From NCBI GenBank assembly GCA_965208245.1, contig OZ242325.1, positions 2,581,878-2,645,877 on the forward strand: a DNA stretch of 64,000 nt, given 5' to 3'. Under the pieces are notes generated by a model. The model was given only the letters and a program-made list of their open reading frames with translations. It ran no database searches and was not told the DNA's origin. The DNA comes from Candidatus Poribacteria bacterium. GTDB lineage: Bacteria; Poribacteria; WGA-4E; WGA-3G. Below, piece after piece: positions 26,556 through 37,500 of the stretch (position 1 is the first letter of the stretch; each line of letters starts with the position of its first letter). The translations under genes were made by a program, and so were the position numbers.

Positions 26556-29426
26556 CTACACAAGATGTTGCTTCAAGAACTTACCCGTAAAAGATTTACG
26601 TGCTTTTGCAATTTCTTCTGGAGTACCTTGCGCTAATACCTGTCCACCTTTATGTCCACCCTCAGGTCCAAGGTCAATCATATAATCAGCAGTCTTTATG
26701 ACATCCAGATGATGCTCAATAACGATAACAGTATGTCCAGAATCGACAAGTCTTCCAATACTGTCTAATAACTTCTGAATATCAGCAAGATGTAACCCCG
26801 TTGTGGGTTCGTCAAGTATATAGAGATTATGCTTGCCGCGTTTGATTTTACTGAGTTCATTTGCAAGTTTAATCCGTTGTGCTTCTCCCCCTGAGAGAAT
26901 AGGTGCAGGATGTCCAATTTTGAGGTATCCGAGGCCCAATTCATTCATTACACCTAATTTGTGGTTAATCAGACGTTGGTCAATGAAAAACGCAACGCCG
27001 TCCTCAATGGACATTTCAAGGATTTCGGATATATTCTTACCATTATAGGTTACCTCAAGCGTATCATCATTGTAACGTGCCCCTTTGCAGGTTGGACAGA
27101 TGACCTCAACATCAGGCATGAAGTGCAACTGAGTCGTTATTGAACCTTCCCCATGACATTCTTCACAACGTCCACCTTTCACGTTAAAACTAAAACGTGA
27201 TGCTGTATAACCACGTGCTTGTGACGCAGGTGTACTGGCATAGAGCTTACGGATATTGTCATAAAATCCGATGTATGTGGCTGGATTTGAACGCGGGGAA
27301 CGACCAATGGGAGACTGGTCTATGTTTATAACATCGCTGATGTTCTCGTGACCTTTAAGTTCATCGTGTTCACCGTAAAGGGTTCGGCTATCATGATAGA
27401 TCGAATACAGCCTCTTATATATAATTTCATTGAGTAGCGTACTCTTACCAGACCCAGATGCACCTGTAATACAGATGAAGACTCCTAAGGGTATTTCCAC
27501 GTCAATATCCTGTAAATTATTCTCTCTTGCACCAATGATGCTGAGAAATTTCCCGTTAAGATTTCGACGTTCTACCGGCATCGGAATTTCCAGTTTTCCG
27601 CTCATATACAAGCCAGTCAAAGACTCGTTACTCTTTATTATTTTGTCGAAGGGACCTTGCACTACTACTTGTCCACCATGAACACCTGGACCAGGGCCCA
27701 TTTCAATGATATGGTCAGCTTCCCGTATTGTGCTTTCATCATGCTCAACAACGATAACAGTGTTACCAATATCACGCAGTTTCTGTAACGTCTCAATCAT
27801 CTTCACATTGTCCTTTGGGTGCAACCCGATACTCGGTTCATCAAGCACATAGAGCATTCCCATCAATCCAGAACCGATTTGAGTAGACAAGCGAATACGT
27901 TGTGACTCACCCCCTGACAGTGTAGCAGACCTTCTATTCAGATTCAAATAGTCGAGCCCAATTCCAAGTAACAGTTCAATTCGGGTTACCAATTCTCTGA
28001 TAACACGTGTGCCAGCTTCCTGTTGTTTCTCAGGCAATTCTGTAATACTATTGAGGAAATCACACAATTGTTCAAGATGCAATTCACCGACATCATGAAT
28101 CGTCTTACCGTGGACAGTAACAAGTAAGCGTTGTCGCTTCAGTTTTCTACCATGACAATCGGGACAAGTATGCTCCACCATTACCTTGCGTAGATATTCC
28201 TCCATCCCAGAGTGCGCTTCTCCCTGTTTCCTATACCTTCTGTACCGTCTATCAATCCGTGTGATAATCCCATCAAAACGTACTGGCATCCCGATATGTC
28301 GTTCCTGCATAGGTTTTGCATCTTCAACTTGACAGAGTGGAAACTCCTCCCCGCGTGTTCCATAGAATATGATATCCACGACCTCTTCAGGCAGGTCAGC
28401 AAAAGGCATATTCAGATCAATCTTATAATGTTGTGCCAGACTATACATCATCCGACCATCCCATCTATCAGGTTCATAGTTAAATGCTTGTTTGACAAAA
28501 GCACCTTCTGCTATGCTGCGCGTTTTATCCGGAACAAGTAAATTCGGATGGACCTGTAGATAAGTACCGAGACCAGAACACGTTACACACGCACCCGTTG
28601 GTTCATTAAAGGTAAAATGGTGCGGGCCCAATTCACACATCAATACGCCGTGTGTTTCACAGCCAAAGTCTGACATAAACACATCAAGGTCTACATCTTC
28701 ATCTTCCGGCAATTCAATATGAAAACGCATGAAACCTTCACCAACTACCATTGCATGTTCAAGTGCTGCAAATACCTGTTTATCAATATCCTTTTTTATA
28801 TAGAATTTGTCCACAATCACCTGAATATCATAATCTTTATCAGGATCAAGTTCCACTTCTTCGCTAATGTCGTGTTCTACACCATCAACGCTTACGTGTC
28901 TACATCCTTTAGTTCTTATATCGTCAAAAAGATACTCGTAATCTTCACCGTATATTTTAAAGACCGGTACATGTATTTCTACTTCAGTGTCAACTGGGAG
29001 GGATAGCAGCCTTTCCAAAATCTGATGATGGGTCCTGATTGGAATTTCTTTTTCACAGTAAGGACAGTGTGAAATGCCGATAGTCGCAAAGAGCATACGC
29101 AAATAATCCTGCAGATCAGTCATGGTCCCTACGGTTGAACGCGGATTCATTGTAACCGTTTTCTGCTCAATTGAGACAACAGGAGACAATCCATCAATGA
29201 AATCAACGTCAGGTTTTTTTAACTGTGTAATAAATCTTTTGGCATAACTTGACATTGATTCGAGAAACCTGCGTTGTCCCTCAGCATACACAGTGTCAAA
29301 TGCTAATGAGGATTTTCCTGATCCACTAATTCCTGTTACAACGACAAATTGATCACGTGGAATCTCTACGTCTATATTCTGTAGGTTATTCTCTCTCGCC
29401 CCTTTTACTGAGACCGTTTGTCTCAT
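26556..29426 (-). CDS. uvrA: Excinuclease ABC subunit A
   Basis: 956 aa with two ABC ATPase modules ([10 protein letters not shown]..., [10 protein letters not shown]...) and zinc fingers (CxxC). Confidence 0.95.
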   Translation of the reverse strand: MRQTVSVKGARENNLQNIDVEIPRDQFVVVTGISGSGKSSLAFDTVYAEGQRRFLESMSSYAKRFITQLKKPDVDFIDGLSPVVSIEQKTVTMNPRSTVGTMTDLQDYLRMLFATIGISHCPYCEKEIPIRTHHQILERLLSLPVDTEVEIHVPVFKIYGEDYEYLFDDIRTKGCRHVSVDGVEHDISEEVELDPDKDYDIQVIVDKFYIKKDIDKQVFAALEHAMVVGEGFMRFHIELPEDEDVDLDVFMSDFGCETHGVLMCELGPHHFTFNEPTGACVTCSGLGTYLQVHPNLLVPDKTRSIAEGAFVKQAFNYEPDRWDGRMMYSLAQHYKIDLNMPFADLPEEVVDIIFYGTRGEEFPLCQVEDAKPMQERHIGMPVRFDGIITRIDRRYRRYRKQGEAHSGMEEYLRKVMVEHTCPDCHGRKLKRQRLLVTVHGKTIHDVGELHLEQLCDFLNSITELPEKQQEAGTRVIRELVTRIELLLGIGLDYLNLNRRSATLSGGESQRIRLSTQIGSGLMGMLYVLDEPSIGLHPKDNVKMIETLQKLRDIGNTVIVVEHDESTIREADHIIEMGPGPGVHGGQVVVQGPFDKIIKSNESLTGLYMSGKLEIPMPVERRNLNGKFLSIIGARENNLQDIDVEIPLGVFICITGASGSGKSTLLNEIIYKRLYSIYHDSRTLYGEHDELKGHENISDVINIDQSPIGRSPRSNPATYIGFYDNIRKLYASTPASQARGYTASRFSFNVKGGRCEECHGEGSITTQLHFMPDVEVICPTCKGARYNDDTLEVTYNGKNISEILEMSIEDGVAFFIDQRLINHKLGVMNELGLGYLKIGHPAPILSGGEAQRIKLANELSKIKRGKHNLYILDEPTTGLHLADIQKLLDSIGRLVDSGHTVIVIEHHLDVIKTADYMIDLGPEGGHKGGQVLAQGTPEEIAKARKSFTGKFLKQHLV

Positions 29427-29523
29427 ACCTGTCCTCCTTTCATCATGATTTCTCTGCTTATTCGATTACGGCGATATGCCATTAAATAATACGTTGCTTA
29501 CTTCTTATGAAGATTAAAAAATA

Positions 29524-29602
29524 TTTGGGTAATCCAATGCATCAGAACCATCGTAGGGGCTGGGTTTCCCAGACCGCATGTTGCCGGTTTCCCCTTCCGC
29601 AT
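29524..29602. repeat. REP-B hairpin, long form
   Basis: tttgggtaatccaatgcatcagaaccatcgtaggggctgggtttcccagaccgcat plus the ttgccggtttccccttccgcat tail. Confidence 0.75.
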
Positions 29603-29686
29603 ATTACTCGATTAACTAACAACTTAATCTTCATCTGAAAAAACAACGATGGGACAACTGCTGTAGTTACACCGTCCCTTAGAGAG

Positions 29687-29788
29687 GGTTTTCGGCTAAG
29701 TAATGGTATATGCCATTTTCGTAATATTTCATCCGACGATGAGTCATCTTCATCTGGTTTTCGGCTAAGTAATGGTATATGCCATTTT
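29687..29788. promoter_or_regulatory. Two 33-bp direct repeats (ggttttcggctaagtaatggtatatgccatttt), each holding a 16-bp near-palindrome AATGGTATATGCCATT; an inverted partial third copy lies at 29852-29866
   Basis: Exact 33-bp copies at 29687-29719 and 29756-29788, 260-360 bp upstream of the uvrA start and downstream of the Phd-like gene. Confidence 0.45.
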
Positions 29789-29951
29789 AGGATTGAGAAC
29801 TTAGACTGTCAGGGACTCGCGTTTTAGAATTGAGACGAAATCATTATTAAACCGAAAACCCTCCCCTTAGACTACATAGTAAATAGTCGCTTACAGCATC
29901 TTCCTCATCTGGTAACAGGCCAGAAATCATAATTGAGCAGTCCAACAACTA

Positions 29952-30194
29952 TCATCTGCAACCTTCGTTCTTCCAATCCGTCACCTCTCTAACAGAACCA
30001 ACTAGACAATTTGTCCGTAATTCAATCAATCTGGAATAAGCCTCAGGCGTGTTTTCCAACTCTATGCCATCAGGGGGTAACATCAAAGCTATTACCTTAC
30101 ACCTATTTGTAACAGAGAATCTCTCACCGTTCTCAATACGTTTGAAAAGGCTTGATAGGCTGGTCTTTGCCTCATTTAATCCAATTTCTGTCAT
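29952..30194 (-). CDS. Phd/YefM-like antitoxin-fold protein
   Basis: MTEIGLNEAKTSLSSLFKRIENGERFSVTNRCKVIALMLPPD resembles the Phd/YefM N-terminal fold. It overlaps the 3' end of the upstream gene by 23 nt. Confidence 0.5.
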   Translation of the reverse strand: MTEIGLNEAKTSLSSLFKRIENGERFSVTNRCKVIALMLPPDGIELENTPEAYSRLIELRTNCLVGSVREVTDWKNEGCR

Positions 30195-32112
30195 TTTTTT
30201 GCTCCTTTAATTCCAATGCAGAATGAAAAGAATTCGTTTTATAAAAAGGATTGTCAATATCATAGAAATATGCAGGTTCATCCACCGAGACTTTACTATC
30301 CATCGTCAATCTTATAGGTGAAGAGAACAACTCCAGAACATCTTTCCGTGATAGCCATTCACATGCCATACTGAGCCAAAGCTGCCGACTACCAAAATGA
30401 TCATAGATGTCAGATAAGGATCGTTCCCCGCCAGCATCCTCAAGAAAATCAAGGATAGGTTTAAAAAACGTATGTATATGCTCTTCTAAGAATCCGTCAA
30501 TCTTATCCAATACCTTTGCAAGAACCGACTCGTCCTTTGGAACATCCAAAATATCTGTAAATATAGCATTAAAAAAGTCGGGATTGCTTTTGAGTGCTTG
30601 ATAAATAGCCTTACGTCTAGGAACCTCTCCGCTCATGATGACTTCAATACGCGCCAATTGTATAACGGCAATCATCAAGTAATAGAAAGTGTAATTATAG
30701 TCCTTTTTCACATAGAACCATTTCTCAGTCTTGTCAAGTATCGTCGTTAATCCTCCTGCCATATTCAATAATTGTGATTGTTTATCACGTTCCCCGATAA
30801 AATTAAGGACTTCATGCAACTCTCTAAGCGTTGGATCCTTGGTGAAGAGTATTTCACTTTGAACGTATACTGCGGAAAGAAGACTCCCTTGTAAGTTGCG
30901 TTCCATTAACTTCTTATATGCCTTTCTGGAAAACAGCCGCACTATGATTGGTATCCCATCCGCAATTAATTGATACAAATGCTGTTGATACTTCGTGCCA
31001 TCTCTCATAATGAGTGTGATATCAATGTTAGTCTTCTCCCAAACGTTATCCTCTTTGAGATTACTTGTGAGTATTGCAGCGACAATATAACGATCCGCTA
31101 CGATTGTGTCAGTGAACCTTTCTAAAGCATCCTCAATCTGTGGATGAACTTCTGATTTCAGTTTAAATGTACGAAACTCAGTTTCTGATTTATCATAATA
31201 GTATGCCGGCTCCTCCAATGTAATCTGACTCTTAACCGTCAACCGAATAGGGGTAGATACCTGTTGGATGACTCCTTTCCATGCTAACCATTGACATAAT
31301 ACATCAACAGACGCATGACAGAACTTCATATGAAAATGTGCATTCAATTCAGAATTGGATCGTGGACCTTTCTGTTCTTCAAGATAATCCAAAATTGGTT
31401 GGAAGATGAACTCTCTTTCATCAATATAAGCGTTCACGGCATCGAGTGCAGCTTGAATAACTTTGTCATTTTTTTCGCAGTTTATTAGGTCAGTATATAC
31501 ATGTCCGAAGAAATCTGGGTTATATGCCAAAGCCGGTTGTATAACTTCTCGCGCCGGAATCTCATTATTCAAAAGTACTTCAATACGTGCTAAACTCTCC
31601 ACAACGCTTAGGAGTGACAGAAAGCAGGTTATTATATCCCTATTCACATAAAACTGCTTTTCTGCATATATGAGTGTTGGTAATGTCCCCGCAATAACAT
31701 TTAGCAGTTGTAATTGCTTATCACGCTCACCGATACTATCCCGACTTGCGTTCTTATCATACCATTCCTTGATAGAGTCATCACGAGAAAATAACAACGT
31801 GCTATGTGAAAAATAAGAGTGCATGAACGAACCTTCTTGCGCGCTCTCAATGGCACGTTTGAACAAACTGCGCGGGGTTAAACTTGCATGTATCATAACA
31901 TCGTTTTCTACAAGTGAAAAAAACGATTCTCTTGGACGAATACCATCCTTACCGATAATCTCAACATCTAAATCGGATTTTTCCCACACCTGTGCATAAG
32001 AAAAACTACCAGCAACAATCATCGCAAGCATATTCGGATCCGCCCTTACCCTATCAACAAGCATGTCGACTGCTTCATAGTACTGTTGCTCAACATCATC
32101 TTGTGTTCTCAT
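30172..32112 (-). CDS. Internally duplicated KNTase/ANT-like nucleotidyltransferase (two NTase-plus-helical modules; the second catalytic motif is degenerate)
   Basis: The two halves (about 1-320 and 325-646) align to each other (GERDKQLQLLNVIAGTLPTLIYAEKQFYVNRD against GERDKQSQLLNMAGGLTTILDKTEKWFYVKKD; SNPDFF and PIRLT..S....EPAYYYD in both). Half 1 has the NTase motif GSFSY...EKSDLDVEII; half 2 has TSNL...EKTNIDITLI and lacks the GS. Confidence 0.5.
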   Translation of the reverse strand: MRTQDDVEQQYYEAVDMLVDRVRADPNMLAMIVAGSFSYAQVWEKSDLDVEIIGKDGIRPRESFFSLVENDVMIHASLTPRSLFKRAIESAQEGSFMHSYFSHSTLLFSRDDSIKEWYDKNASRDSIGERDKQLQLLNVIAGTLPTLIYAEKQFYVNRDIITCFLSLLSVVESLARIEVLLNNEIPAREVIQPALAYNPDFFGHVYTDLINCEKNDKVIQAALDAVNAYIDEREFIFQPILDYLEEQKGPRSNSELNAHFHMKFCHASVDVLCQWLAWKGVIQQVSTPIRLTVKSQITLEEPAYYYDKSETEFRTFKLKSEVHPQIEDALERFTDTIVADRYIVAAILTSNLKEDNVWEKTNIDITLIMRDGTKYQQHLYQLIADGIPIIVRLFSRKAYKKLMERNLQGSLLSAVYVQSEILFTKDPTLRELHEVLNFIGERDKQSQLLNMAGGLTTILDKTEKWFYVKKDYNYTFYYLMIAVIQLARIEVIMSGEVPRRKAIYQALKSNPDFFNAIFTDILDVPKDESVLAKVLDKIDGFLEEHIHTFFKPILDFLEDAGGERSLSDIYDHFGSRQLWLSMACEWLSRKDVLELFSSPIRLTMDSKVSVDEPAYFYDIDNPFYKTNSFHSALELKEQKNDRNWIK

Positions 32113-32135
32113 GGTTCCTTTCCCTTATTTCTTAC

Positions 32136-32951
32136 TCATCCTTCTGAATTACCCTCTTCGTTCGATAACTTCAACGCAGTGCAAACCGCTTCACGTACTT
32201 CTCCGCAGATACGCATGGCGTTCTCTGCATCACTTGCAGTCGCAATTTTCTCCGGATACCGAGAATCCACCGCATGTTTTGTTAGTGTTGATAGATCAGC
32301 CTGCCATACACGCCATGCAGGCATTGTCGGTAGAATTAAGTCTAACAGATCATTTAAATTGTGTGTTCTCTGTATAGGAATGTTATGCTCTTGAAGCCAC
32401 GCCTTTAGATATTTTTCTACACACTGTTGTGCTAAAAAACAGATAACATGGTATACAGGATTCTGTCCTTGATAATTTTCCTCAGCTACAGAATAATCAC
32501 CCTCAGCCTTTTCTACCCATTCTAAAGTAATCGGGTTCATTTCTCTATTCTCTTTTTTGTGTGGTATGATATAGAAACCCTCGGTTTCATAGAGCACCTG
32601 ACCCTTCTCAGTGACTTCATGCAGAAACCAATCATTGTATGAAAGACGATATGCAATGTATTCTGGAGAACGGACGAGTAAGTCAATATTAAATCGACTC
32701 GGAATCTGTTTCTTAATCTCGACTTCTCTGTCGCGTACTTCAGATTTGTCAACCGGCATGACAACTAACAGGTCAACATCAGAGTTTTCTGAAGGTGTAC
32801 CATACGCATAAGAACCGTAAAGGATTATCTGTAATGGTGCAAATTCACGCACGATATCATCACAAGTAGCTAAAATCTCTTCACGACTTACCATCTTAAT
32901 GACCCTAAAATTTACTATCCTGATCGGTAATGGCACACCATGTACTGCCAT
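32136..32951 (-). CDS. Minimal nucleotidyltransferase (MNT) fused to a HEPN domain
   Basis: N-terminal MNT (ILYGSYAYGTPSENSDVDLLVVM) and C-terminal HEPN PF05168-type (QQCVEKYLKAWL...RTHNLNDLLDL...RYPE). Confidence 0.65.
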   Translation of the reverse strand: MAVHGVPLPIRIVNFRVIKMVSREEILATCDDIVREFAPLQIILYGSYAYGTPSENSDVDLLVVMPVDKSEVRDREVEIKKQIPSRFNIDLLVRSPEYIAYRLSYNDWFLHEVTEKGQVLYETEGFYIIPHKKENREMNPITLEWVEKAEGDYSVAEENYQGQNPVYHVICFLAQQCVEKYLKAWLQEHNIPIQRTHNLNDLLDLILPTMPAWRVWQADLSTLTKHAVDSRYPEKIATASDAENAMRICGEVREAVCTALKLSNEEGNSEG

Positions 32952-33078
32952 CGAATATTTAGACCACTACCTAAGATTATATTGTAATATAATTACAATA
33001 TAATTGAAAGCAGAAATCCGACAGGGTTCTTCAGTTTTAAGAATTGTTGGTTTTTGCGTAGGACTAATAGTTTACTTT

Positions 33079-33168
33079 GTAGGTTGGGTAGAGCGAAGCG
33101 AAACCCGACAAAAGCGTGAACGTGTCGCCAGTTAATATTTTAATGACGCTTCGCTCTACCCAACCTAC
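33079..33168. mobile_element. MITE-like palindromic element, full copy
   Basis: Terminal inverted repeats gtaggttgggtagagcgaagcg/cgcttcgctctacccaacctac and the internal core cgccagttaatattttaatg. Confidence 0.85.
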
Positions 33169-33498
33169 GGATAAATTCAATAAATTAACGTTTGTTGCGT
33201 AATTCTTCAAAATCACCGAAAACTGAATAGCCATGGAAATCCGATGGCAATTTGAAGACAATTCACATCAGACATTTAAAGCTGAAGTTGTAACTGAGGC
33301 ACCGTGTGGTTATATATGATAAAATACTTATAAGAATGAGATAATTTTCAAAAAAAATCAGTAAACGTAATGTGTTAGTTGGAATATTTCGGTGCAATAT
33401 TGACTGGACAGCCTAATAAAGAATGTTGTAAAATGTGTTTAGTCAATGTATAATGTAAATACTTCACTAAATATCCAAACGTTAAGGCAAAAAAACAG

Positions 33499-34572
33499 AT
33501 GGAAAAACTAAAGGAACTACAAATCTCAAACGATGCAATGAATGATCCTGAGGAGCTCCACACAAGGATGGCAGAAACGGGCTATCTATTCTTCAAGAAA
33601 CTACAGGATCCAGATAAACTCTGGGAATTGCGACGAGAAATGCTCACAACAATGCAACAAGAGGGTTGGCTCGTAGCAGATACTGACCCAATGGACGGCA
33701 TTGCCGATATTTCTACACAATGCACCGAAGGTGACCCCGAATATACCGATGTATACCATGAAGTATATAAGTTAGAAACATTCCACCAATCAGGACATTG
33801 GCACGAAGTCGTCAATATGGTAGAAAAGATAATCGGTAGAGAAGTACTACCCCATCCACAAAAAATCGCGCGTCTATGGTATCCAAAATATACTGAACAT
33901 ACAACGCCGATACATCAAGACTTCGTTCACTTTCAAGGAAACTTCCAGACCTATACATGCTGGGCACCCGTTGGTGATTGTCCAATAGAGTTGGGGGGAT
34001 TAGCAGTTCTCCCCGGATCCCATAAAATCAACGAAGTCATGGAACATCACTTCTCGCTCGGAGCAGGAGGTCTCTGTGTCAACACAGACGAGTTATCAGG
34101 TGAATGGCATACCACAAACTATGAAATAGGGGATACGTTGATATTTCCTGCATTGACTATCCATAAAGCCTTACCTAATTTGACCGAAGATAGACTCCGT
34201 GTTTCATTAGACAACCGCTACCAAGCCGTTGAGGATCCGATCTCTGAACACATGCTTGAACCGCATCTCAACATATTCAACTCGCTACAATGGGAAGATG
34301 TCTATTGCAATTGGGAATCTGATGAACTCAAGTACTATTGGAAAGACTCTGACTTAAAGGTCATTCCAAGAGACTTCAGTTATATAATGAAAGGATTTGA
34401 GGAAGCATTGCAGCTTGCAAGAAATGGGGATGACAGAGCTGTGCATCAACTAAAACGTATCATAAAACGCGACCCAACAGCAGACATGGCAATAAAAGCT
34501 ACAAAGGTTCTGCAGGATGTAGGTATTGAAACTTCGGTCAATTCAGAATTCAGGCACTCCTTTCCACAATAG
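33499..34572 (+). CDS. Phytanoyl-CoA dioxygenase (PhyH)-family Fe(II)/2-oxoglutarate oxygenase
   Basis: HQDFVHF (the HxD facial triad), PGSHK, and the PhyH-like double-stranded beta-helix layout. Confidence 0.6.
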   Translation: MEKLKELQISNDAMNDPEELHTRMAETGYLFFKKLQDPDKLWELRREMLTTMQQEGWLVADTDPMDGIADISTQCTEGDPEYTDVYHEVYKLETFHQSGHWHEVVNMVEKIIGREVLPHPQKIARLWYPKYTEHTTPIHQDFVHFQGNFQTYTCWAPVGDCPIELGGLAVLPGSHKINEVMEHHFSLGAGGLCVNTDELSGEWHTTNYEIGDTLIFPALTIHKALPNLTEDRLRVSLDNRYQAVEDPISEHMLEPHLNIFNSLQWEDVYCNWESDELKYYWKDSDLKVIPRDFSYIMKGFEEALQLARNGDDRAVHQLKRIIKRDPTADMAIKATKVLQDVGIETSVNSEFRHSFPQ

Positions 34573-37500
34573 CAATTTCGTCGGGGGTTAGTTCATATAA
34601 CTCGTAGACGAGTTGGTCAATCCCATTTTCAAGGTCTGTCGTGTCAGCGTTAGAATCGTCTTCTTTAGCAGCGAGTATTTGGTCAACTTTTTCTTCTATC
34701 CTTGATACCAAGGATCGGTTTTCTGTTGTAATCGGTGGAACATGAATCAATTCCACATACTGCTTTTTCCATTCAAAAGCATGACCTAACGGAATTCCTA
34801 AATTTATAAACTCCCAATTAAATATCTTAGAGTTCATACAGGCAAGTAGATACTTAATGCTGTTTTCCTGTGAAGTCAAAAGATTTGCTGGCGCATTAAT
34901 GAATTCTCCAGGTTTGGAGTAACAGAATGAACTACTATAAGCAATATTTCCCCAAACGACTTTTTCCTTGTTAAAATCGGAATAGTACGTTTTGGCACAA
35001 CGCTGCATAGCGTACCATTCATAACGAATACCTATTTCAGATCTATTTCTATTTGATAACTGATTCTGATATTCCAATAAATGTTCGTAGACAAACGGGT
35101 GTTCTTCTCTGAATTGATCTTCTGCTAATTGAGATGCTCCTGAAATTGTATTGTCTTCATGTAATGGAAAATGCCAAGGAATAAAGAGAAGATATAATCT
35201 TGACCACTGTGATTGAAAACGTTTGATGTCTCGGCCGCTGAGAAAAGGTTTAATGATCTCAGCTGACCTTGGGTCTTGTTGAATAAGTTCCTCGCGCTTG
35301 GCTTCGTCTATAATGAATGCTTCGTTACAACCAGTTACAATTCCACGATAGATGTTTACATCCCAGTCTTTGAGCGGTTTTCCAACATCCTCTATTTTGC
35401 GTTTCAGGTTGAGTTCAGCAGATGAGAGAATCGCCCACGGTTCACCTTTAGCGGGTATCTCCATACTTGTACCATTATCGATCAAATATCGGGAAATGTT
35501 ATTGATCTGTCTGTCAAAATCTGTTCCAATTGTTACGGCTTCAAAACCAGCAAGAGTCAAAGACGTGCTGCTTTGTAGCAGTAGGATATTTGTATCTACA
35601 GTAGCATCAAAAACGTCCGGTCCCATATCCAATAGTTGAATCGGTTGGGTATGTGTTACAAAATAATCTCTCAACTTTTTTCCATATCCTGCGCGCATCC
35701 ATTTGTTACTCGTAATATAGCAAAGATGTCCAGCCTGTGTTAAAAGTCTTATCCCGCGTTCATAGAACAAACAGTAAATATCACCCATCCGTGTAAAAGC
35801 ATCAAAACCTGCATCTTGATAGATATCTGCGAGTCTTCCACCCTCCTTTTGCAGTTGAATATAAGGCGGGTTACCAATCACCACATCAAATCCATCCGTA
35901 ACCCCAAACATCAATTCAGAGTCAAACCAATCTGCCTTGGCATTCTGGTCATACGGATCCCACTGTGCAATGCTATCTGCTTCATCTGCAAATACTCCAA
36001 GACTTTTTAGTTCCGTTGCCAGTTCCGCACGTAATTTTTCGTCTTTGTCTTTGCATGCACGTTTCTGTTGCCGTGTAGTTGCGTGGAAGTGCTTTTCACG
36101 GTTGTTGCGTAGTTCCTGTTCCAATCGGCTCGCTTTCTGACTTTTCAACGTCATTTGTTCCTTAAGTCCAATTAAGGTATCCGCAGCAACAAACCGCGTC
36201 TCTAAATTCGGCAACGGTTTGATACCGAAGTTCTCTGCGTCTCTGTCTGGGTCCTGCTCAATTGCCAGTGAGATAAAGAAGCGGAGTTTGGCAATCTGAC
36301 ATGCAATCGGTTGAATGTCCACACCGAAGATGCTGTTCTGAATCAGATACAACTTTCGTCCGAAGTCTGAATCTCGGTAACGCTTGAAAGTGTCATCAAT
36401 TTCAATCAATTCTTCACGGCGCGTTTGATCATCCTGTGTGTCATAAGCGATTTCTGTTCGTTTCAATGCAAGTTCTTTCTGCAATGCTTCCCATCGGTTG
36501 TTATCTGGGTCAAGTCGCCGCAGTGCCAGTGTCAACTTGTGGAGCATTCCCATCGGAAACGCCCCGGAACCGACTGCTGGGTCCAGTATCTTGAGTTCAG
36601 AGATAGTCTTGACAATCGCGTCTGTTTCACGATCATCAAACCATTCGCTTGCATCGTCAAACAGCTTTGCATAGTCAAACAGATATCGCAATCGTTCATC
36701 CCAAGCGACATCATTGGTATCAGTGGGTTGACACTTTTGAGATAACGTAGCGACTAACGCCTCCTCCACCATATAGTCTACAATGGCGCGTGGGGTATAG
36801 TAGGAACCTGTCATCTTGCGTGCTGTTTCTCCCGTTTCTGGGTTGATAGCAGCGAGTAGGTTCTCAAACACTCTACCGAGTAGTTCGGGGTCAAGTGCTA
36901 CCTCTTGATCTATCGGTGTGTTCTCTTCAACGGTGAATTTGCAGTGTTCAAGCAGGGGAATAAGTCCTCGGTTTTCATCAAAAAAGAGGGGGTTGGGTAT
37001 GGATAATTTATGATACTGCCTATCAGAGAAGCAGTCTATTCTGTAACCCCCTTCACCTGTGGCTTTGAAACTATCCAGACAATCGAACAAGCCACCGTTG
37101 ATGAAAGGGGTCTGTGCAAAGAGGGATAGCAGCTTTTCGGGGGCGTCCATCTGTTTTTTGTAACGATACCGCGAGAAATTACGGTGATTAGGATTGCCTC
37201 CCTTGCTAAACTCACGTTTGTCAATCTCCGTGTTTAGTGTAGCGAAAAAGAGGTTCTGTAGCACGGCACGATAGTAGGAATCGCCATTATCAAAGTCATC
37301 TTCTGTCAATAGGTCTTGGATTTGTGCTTTGTTGAACAGATCATCTGCCACTAATCCTTTTTCCTTGATAAACCAGATAAAGAGTAGACGTGTGATGAGG
37401 CGGATGACATGTTCCTCCGGTTTTATGACACGGTTTTCGTCTGCCGGAAACGTTGCTGTTTCTATTGCCCATTCATACCACGTGAACAGTTTCCGATAGA

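Noticed and set aside
29687-29788. A two-repeat, 33-bp direct repeat array that superficially resembles a tiny CRISPR array.
   Set aside because: Only two repeats, each containing a palindromic operator-like core, and no cas genes nearby. A regulatory site or small RNA is the better reading.
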